A stretch of DNA of 64,000 bases, taken from Dictyostelium discoideum. Taxonomy: Eukaryota. Positions within the stretch are counted from its first letter, which is position 1. Each line of letters begins with the position of its first letter. The position numbers and the translations under genes are program-made. The notes below the pieces were generated by a model. That model did no database searches. It saw only the letters and a list, made by a program, of their open reading frames with translations, and was not told the origin of the DNA. Where the stretch lies: positions 4,672,001-4,736,000 of the forward strand of contig CM000154.2 of assembly GCA_000004695.1 (NCBI GenBank), in the 5' to 3' direction. Shown in pieces: positions 53,176-64,000 of the stretch.

Positions 53176-53630
53176 TAAAAAAAGGTAAAAATTAGAGATT
53201 TTTTTTAAAAATTGTAAGAAAAAGATAAGAAAATTAATGACAATTTTTAAGTGATGGGGGTGATAATAATAAAAAAAATAATAAAAAAAAAGTATGGGCA
53301 AGTGTGTGGGTGTGTGTGTTTATTGCTTAGTTTAAAAAAAAAAAAAAAATTTTGATACACATAAAAGAGAGTGATAAAAATAATATTTTATATATTTATA
53401 AATATTGAAAAAAATATATAGTTTAGTTATTTAAATAATATTACATTTAATTTTATAATCAATGGTTTTAATTGATCATTTGTTGATTCAAGTGATTTTT
53501 CATATGTGGAACTACCTGATTCTACAACCAACTTTACTTTAATTTTTGGTTGAAATTTACTATTATTTGCTGTTGTTGATGATGTTCCATTTGCTATATT
53601 GTAATTTGATAAAAACAATTCAATATCCAT
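50780..53630 (-). CDS. RhoGAP-domain protein with C-terminal WD40-like beta-propeller, 4-5 exons
   Basis: Exons (minus strand, forward coordinates): 52796-53032 (or to 53107), 52486-52705 ('TLFLHSLGVEGLFRISGSQMEIQNRRGIVNLGD...LLKQFLRDLPEPICTNALYDLFLAAS', donor GTATGG), 51275-52394 ('DQINFQQCKENGF...LLQHLIHFLRFVAMNQTVNLMGPSNLSRVFGPNLFW' = RhoGAP C-half, then WD-like 'RVWSLDSHGMARIWD', 'KLAIWDIDGG', 'TLYVWDTKTKE'; donor GTAATT in an (AAT)n intron), 50780-51136 ('...IWIGFWDTTVRVFPGD...VWFGSYDKSISIVSIKED...'). A candidate 5' exon at 53445-53630 ('MDIELFLSNYNIANG...KIKVKLVVESGSSTYEKSLESTNDQLKPLIIKLN', donor GTAATA) joins 53107 in frame. Confidence 0.65.
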
Positions 53631-53688
53631 TTTTAATTTTTATTTTTAAGTTATTTATTTATTTTAGCTATTTATTTTATTTTAATAT

Positions 53689-53728
<40 letters not shown>

Positions 53729-54008
53729 CTTTTATTTAAAAAAAAAAAAAAAAAAATGAAAAAAAAAAAAAAAAAAAAAAAGTGTTACATATAGCTATAA
53801 AAATTAAAAATAAAAAAAATAAAAATGAAAAAATAAAAAATAAATAAAAATAAATAAAATAATGAAAATTTTAATTGTATAATTGTTATTAATATGGCAG
53901 AAAAAAAAAAAAAAAAAAATTTTATATTTTTTTATTTTTTTATTTTTTTATTTTTTTTAATTTTTAAAAAAAAAAAAATCTTTTTTGTATGAGAAAAAAA
54001 AAAACCTT

Positions 54009-54045
<37 letters not shown>

Positions 54046-54235
54046 CCAAAATCCAATCACTTCAGTTGGAATCCAACGCGAAAGAAAAGTTTGAAATTAG
54101 CAAATATTATATTATGATAATAAAAAATCATTTTTTGGTTATAAATAAAAGTATTATTTTAAATATGTTATAAATAAATAAAAGTAAAAAAAAAGTATGG
54201 AAAAATATAGATAATTATTATTTTATTATTATTAT

Positions 54236-54273
<38 letters not shown>

Positions 54274-54396
54274 GTGTTAAATATTTGAAAAAAAATAAAT
54301 AAATAATAATAATAATAAAATAATTATTATCTATATAAAAAAAAAAAAAAAAAAATAGTTTGATAATAAAAATAAAAAAAATAAATGGTTGGTTGG

Positions 54397-54427
<31 letters not shown>

Positions 54428-54921
54428 CTATAAAAATAATTATATTTATTAAAAACTATTTAGTATGACTTTAGTTGGTAATTTTTTAATACTATTATAA
54501 AAGTGATCAATCAATTTATAATAAAAACTTTTTTTTTTTTTTTAAAATAAAAAAAAAAATTAAATTAAATTAAATTGGAATTTTTTTTCCAAAATCAAAT
54601 CTCAAACTTTTTTTGGGCATTTTACTTTAAAAAAATTTTTTTTTTGTAAAGTCGTTGATCATGATTAAAGGAAATAGGTGAAATTTTTCTTTTAAATGAT
54701 TGGCCAACTGGATTTGAAATTTTTTTTTTTTTTTGTTTTTTTTTTGTTTTTTTTTGTTTTTTTTTTTTTTTTTTTTTTTTTTTCAAAATATATTATCTTT
54801 TTAAAGATATTTGTATACATAAAGTAATATAAATAATTATTTATAAATATATTAATATTAATAATAATTTTTCATTTCATATATATTTGACCCTTTCAAA
54901 TAAAATTGTTAAAGTATTTTT

Positions 54922-54962
<41 letters not shown>

Positions 54963-55154
54963 CGAATGTCGATTCGAAGGGTGGAGTTAATTATAACCAA
55001 AAAAAAAGCTAAAAAAAAAAACTCAAAAAAAAATCAATTTTTTTTTTTTTTTTTTTTTTGATTTTTTTTTTTTTCATTCCCAACCATATTTTTTCTCAAA
55101 ATTATATATAATAAACAGAATTATTATTAGAACACTCTAATAGTAGTTTAATTG

Positions 55155-55254
55155 NNNNNNNNNNNNNNNNNNNNNNNNNNNNNNNNNNNNNNNNNNNNNN
55201 NNNNNNNNNNNNNNNNNNNNNNNNNNNNNNNNNNNNNNNNNNNNNNNNNNNNNN
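55155..55254. other. Assembly gap (100 N)
   Basis: Run of 100 'n' characters. It is flanked by poly-T/poly-A and lies in a 3.9-kb ORF-free, extremely AT-rich interval (53.7-57.0 kb). Confidence 0.99.
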
Positions 55255-55423
55255 CAAAACTTTTCTTTTATTTTTTTTTTTTTCATAATAATAATAATAA
55301 TAAAAAAAAAAAAAAAAAAAAAAAACCAAAATATAAAATATTGTTTAAAACAATATCTCAATTTATTAAAGATCACATGTACATTTTGAATAAATCACAA
55401 ATTCATTAACAATAACCTCTTAT

Positions 55424-55468
55424 TTGCTCAACCACTCACTCAACCACTCACTCAACCACTCACTCACT
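55424..55468 (+). repeat. Three tandem copies of a 14-bp unit CTCAACCACTCACT
   Basis: 'ctcaaccactcact caaccactcact caaccactcactcact'. It is C-rich and stands out in a region that is otherwise more than 85% AT. Confidence 0.8.
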
Positions 55469-57018
55469 AACACCACATCCAACTATTTTTATCTCTTTTT
55501 TTTTTTTTATTTTTTTTATTTTTTTAAAATCTTTTATTTTTTAATCTTTTATTTTTATAAGGGAAAGTGTGTGATAGATTATAAATTAATTAAAATTTTG
55601 AAAATATCCAAAATCGAACATCCATACATGTTCATTTTAATATCACAAAAATAAAATAATAATAATAAAAAAAAAGTTATAAAATAATTATAATAATAAT
55701 AATAAAACACATTTTAGTCAATCATTTAAATTTTATTTTATTTTAAATTTTTTATTTTATTTTTTAATATTTTTTTTTATTTTTTATTGTAAACACTTTA
55801 TAATTAAAAAATTCTTATTATTCTTTATTTTTTATTTTTAAAATTTTTTATTTTTTTTTTTTTTTTCTTCTCTTTGTATTTTATATAAATTTTGTTTATG
55901 TATATATATTTATTTATTTTTATCCAAAAATTTTGAAACCTACTCCTTATAAATTTTAAAAAGTTTTATTATCAGGGTTGGTATTTTATTACATTCGTCA
56001 TGAATGATTAGATAGGTAGTAATAGCAATAATTTAAACAGTGGTTTAAACCAACAATTGATACTATATACTACCTTCTATTTTACTTTTTATTTTTTTTT
56101 TATTATTATATATTTTGTTATTGTTGTTATTTTTTTTTTTTAAATTAAAATAAAATAAAACATAATTACTGTTATTTTATTATAAACCAACAATAACAAG
56201 TAATTTTGGCTGATATTTCATTTTTTGCAAGTGAAATGATAGAACAGACCCCCTTTTTTGTATAATTATTTTTTTTTTTTTTGTTATTCTTTTTATCTAC
56301 CAAAATCTTCAATAACAACAAACAACAGTTACTACAATAGCAAAAAAAAAAAAAAAAACATGGTATTTGATTGTGCTGTGTGTTGTGTTTATTTTAATAG
56401 TAATAACAATAAAAATTTAATCTATTAATTAAATCATAAAAAAAAAAAAAAAAAAAATAATTAATATTTTGTTTTGTTGTTTTTTTTTTAATTTTAATTT
56501 TCCCCCTTTTTTTTTTTTTTTTATTCTATTGATTAATAAACATTTCAAAAATAAAAAAACATTTTATGTGTTATTTTTAATCCTTACCCCTAAAATTTCC
56601 AAATTGATAATAAAAATAAAAATAAAAATAAAAAAAAAAAAAAAATAAAAAAAAAAAAGAAAAAGAAAACAAAAACAAAAAAAAAAAAAAACAATTATCA
56701 TAATTGAAACTATTTTTTTTATTTTTTTTTTTTATTCTTAAATTATTTTAAAATTCATCACTCACACACAATCCATCAATTGTTTAATTTTCAATTTATT
56801 TATTTATTTAAAATTTTAATTTTAATAATTTTATTTTTATTTTAAAATTTTTTGGATCTATTATTAATTAATTAATTTTTTTTTTTTTTTGCCATTCAAT
56901 TTATTTCAATTTACCAAAACTCAAAGAATTTTTTTATTTCTTTTTTTATTTTTTTTTTTTTTCATTCAACACACTAATTTGTGATTGGAAAAATTTATCA
57001 AATAAAAAAAAAAAAAAA

Positions 57019-61692
<4,674 letters not shown>

Positions 61693-61889
61693 AAAAAAAA
61701 AAAAAACAAAAAAAAAAAAAAAACCATTTAAACATTCTTAATAAAAATTTATTAATTTTTTTTTTTTATATATTTTAAACTTGGGTATTAAAAAAAAAAA
61801 AAACTATTATTTACCAAAAATTACCATTTTATTTGTTTGTTTTATTTCTTTATTATTTTTTTTAAAATGGTTTTAGTTTTGTTTTAATA

Positions 61890-62115
61890 TTAACAAAATC
61901 TACGACGACAACCAATATCGATGTCAAGGTTTATGATATTGGTGTTTGAACCACCACAACCACCAATACCACCCCATCCACTTGAACCACCCATCCACCC
62001 TAAACCACCACCACAACCGCCATGAAAGCATGAAATTGAATTATTAGCAAATTCATTAAAAATTAGAGGCACCAATTGAACTTTCCATTGAACCAGTTGA
62101 ATTTGAAATTGATGA
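61890..62115 (-). pseudogene. hssA/2C/7E-family gene copy with frameshift near the 5' end
   Basis: 3' part '[46 protein letters not shown]' is typical of the family. The upstream '[18 protein letters not shown]' N-terminal box is in a different frame and is closed by TAA/TGA. Compared with the 62638 copy, about 5 nt are missing. Confidence 0.45.
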
Positions 62116-62167
62116 AATTGGTTTTGTTATATAATATATTATTGAAAAAAAAAAAAAAAAAAGAAAT

Positions 62168-62194
62168 ATTTACTAAAAATTTCCATTTTATTTG
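62168..62194 (+). promoter_or_regulatory. Conserved hssA-cluster upstream element A (TTTACTAAAAATT[GT][CT]CATTTT); one of 5 copies
   Basis: The other copies are at 61807-61836, 62512-62539 (reverse complement), 63545-63568 and 63851-63875 (reverse complement). Each lies 20-110 bp upstream of an hssA-family coding start, in the same orientation relative to the gene. Confidence 0.35.
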
Positions 62195-62313
62195 TTGTAT
62201 TTATAAAAATGTTTTTGTTTTAATTTTTCTAATTTTTTTTTTTTTCAAAACAAATAGTTAATTAAATTGTTTGATTAATTTATTTAAATAAAAAAAAAAA
62301 AAAAAAATTTAAA

Positions 62314-62345
62314 TTGATGGGAATTTCCATTTTTAAATAATTTTG
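62314..62345. promoter_or_regulatory. Conserved central element B (TTGATGGGAATTTCCATT) midway between divergently oriented hssA genes; second copy at 63723-63750
   Basis: The two copies are reverse complements of each other. The core GGGAATTTCC / GGAAATTCCC is a near-palindrome. Each copy sits between two element-A copies in a divergent gene pair's shared upstream region. Confidence 0.3.
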
Positions 62346-62637
62346 TTTAATTATTTTTAACATATTTTGTTGTTTTATTAAAAAAATATAATCAAACAAT
62401 TTAATAAATTATATATATTAAAAAAAAAAATAAAATAAAAAATAAAAAATAAAATAAAATCATTTATATAAAAATAAAGTTAAATTTAATTATAAAAAAT
62501 CAATACAAATTAATGGCAATTTTTAGTAACTATTATTTCTTTACTTTTTTTCTGAAATTAATTTCTCAATTACTTACCAATTCAGAACTTAATATATTAT
62601 AGAATCAATATCATCAATTTCAAACCCAACTGGTTCA

Positions 62638-62847
62638 ATGGGAAGTTCAATTGGTACCTCTAATATTGATGGATTAACTAATAACAATAATTCAATTGCA
62701 TGTTTTGATAGTGACTATAGTGGTTTAAATGGATTAGGTGGTCTTGGTGGTTTCAATGGTGGTGGTTGTGGTGGTTGTGGTGATTCAAACACAAACATTA
62801 TTAATATTGATATCGATTTATGTCGTCGTGGTCATAGATGTTGTTAG
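62638..62847 (+). CDS. hssA/2C/7E-family small Gly/Cys-rich protein
   Basis: '[69 protein letters not shown]'. The frame is open upstream ('[13 protein letters not shown]') but the family's usual initiator position reads ATA (62605-62616 'attatagaatca'), so translation would start at the internal Met. Confidence 0.6.
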   Translation: MGSSIGTSNIDGLTNNNNSIACFDSDYSGLNGLGGLGGFNGGGCGGCGDSNTNIINIDIDLCRRGHRCC

Positions 62848-63254
62848 TTTACTCTTAAAAATTTAAATAAATTAATTTTTACAAAAGTTTTTTTCTTTTT
62901 TTAAAAAAATAACAATAAATAAAATATTTAATTTATTTTAACCCACACTTACTTTTTTTTATTTATTCAATGTCTAAATTAAGCTACAATTTAAAAAATT
63001 AATAAAAAAATAAAAAAAAATTAAAAAAATAAACCCAAGAACTTTCAAAATGAATTTAATATCTGTATTTTTTTATTTTAAAAACTTATAATAATAGTTT
63101 TTATCTTTTTTATTTTTAAAAAGAAGAAAAGAAAAGAAAAAAAAAAAAAATAGAATAAAATAAAATAATATTATAATGTATTGATTGCCATTTCTATAAA
63201 TTTAAAAAAAAAAAAAAGATAAAAACTATTATTTTATTTATTAATTTGAATAAA

Positions 63255-63527
63255 TTAACAACATCTACGATGACGACGACGACCAATATCAATGTCAAGG
63301 TTAATAATATTAACATTTGAACCACCACAACCACCACAACCACCCCATCTTCCCAAATCATTATCAAAACATGCTGTTGAATTATCATTGAAAACTGATC
63401 CAGTATAATTAAGGGTGGCGATTGAACTTGATGTTGATCTTGTTGGATTTGAAATTGATGAAATTGAATCTAAATAATTAATTATTTTAAAAATGTTAAT
63501 ATTTTCTAAAGTATTTACTTGATTCAT
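63255..63527 (-). CDS. hssA/2C/7E-family small Gly/Cys-rich protein (N-terminally extended)
   Basis: '[90 protein letters not shown]'. It has the conserved 'SISSISN' box, 'ACFD', 'GGCGGCG', 'SN[VT][16 protein letters not shown]' tail. Confidence 0.65.
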   Translation of the reverse strand: MNQVNTLENINIFKIINYLDSISSISNPTRSTSSSIATLNYTGSVFNDNSTACFDNDLGRWGGCGGCGGSNVNIINLDIDIGRRRHRRCC

Positions 63528-63885
63528 TCAAGGGAAAAAAAAAATTTACTAAAAATTGTCATTTTTATAATTTTTATTTGTTTTTGTTTGTATTTTGTTT
63601 TTATTTGTTTAATAATAAAAAAAAAAATTAAAATTTATAGTTTTTTAATTTGTAAAAAAAAAAAATTAAAAAAAAAAAATTAAATAAAATTGTATAAAAA
63701 CACCCATATTTTGTTGTTTAATAATGGAAATTCCCATCAATTTAAATTTTCTTTTCTTATCAAACGATTTAATTAACTATTTATAATGAAAAATTAAAAA
63801 TTTTAAAAAATAAAATCATTTTAAAAATAAAAAAAACAAAAAAAACAAATAAATGGCAATTTTTAGTAAATATTATTTTTTCTGT

Positions 63886-63920
<35 letters not shown>

Positions 63921-63956
63921 TGACTAACTATAATTTACCATACCCTATTTTATAAA

Positions 63957-64000
63957 ATGTCAGAATCAATTTCATCAATTTCAAATTCAACTGGTTCAAT
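63957..64000 (+). CDS. 5' end of a fourth hssA/2C/7E-family gene (truncated by window end)
   Basis: 'ATGTCAGAATCAATTTCATCAATTTCAAATTCAACTGGTTCAAT' encodes [14 protein letters not shown], the canonical family N-terminus. It is preceded by the same upstream motif as the other copies. Confidence 0.4.
   Translation, partial: MSESISSISNSTGS

Noticed and set aside
62314-62345. GGGAATTTCC core of element B resembling a vertebrate kappaB site
   Set aside because: Dictyostelids lack Rel/NF-kB proteins, so the resemblance is almost certainly coincidental. I kept it only as a palindromic candidate cis-element.

Overview
This window is eukaryotic nuclear DNA, not prokaryotic. It is roughly 75-80% AT. 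Poly-(AAT)/poly-Asn/Gln tracts are everywhere, introns are short (70-190 bp), AT-rich and bounded GTAAGT/GTATGT...(T)nAG, and the gene families present (hssA/2C/7E, FNIP-repeat, TRAF-like, many RasGEF/RhoGAP) are those of a dictyostelid social amoeba, most like Dictyostelium discoideum. I can support about 25 protein-coding genes plus several pseudogenes or gene fragments, all with spliced structures I reconstructed by hand. Exon ends are approximate to a few nucleotides. I see no rRNA, tRNA, CRISPR array or prokaryotic-type mobile element. There is one 100-nt N-gap.

Confidently recognised genes are:
- a CAAX prenyl protease (Ste24/ZMPSTE24)
- signal peptidase complex subunit 3
- an AGC (NDR-like) protein kinase
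- a JMJD5/KDM8-type JmjC protein
- two RhoGAPs with different architectures
- a Rab GTPase
- a CDC25-type RasGEF
- two RING/TRAF-zinc-finger proteins
- a vanadium-haloperoxidase/PAP2-like secreted protein
- an ATP-type PEPCK-fold protein that appears to have lost every catalytic motif

The accessory-like content sits in four places:
- a decaying FNIP-repeat tandem array (18.8-22.6 kb);
- a mosaic of inverted and partial segmental duplications linking 20-26.6 kb with 37-42 kb;
- a 2.3-kb tandem duplication carrying a small membrane-protein gene (42-45.7 kb);
- a head-to-head cluster of hssA-family genes (61.8-64 kb) with conserved promoter motifs arranged symmetrically.

I found nothing resembling a prokaryotic defence or other 'system'. 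The most novel candidates are the PEPCK-like pseudoenzyme and the haloperoxidase-like gene (a possible HGT). Every family assignment rests on my reading of the translated motifs and on recalled reference sequences, not on database searches.
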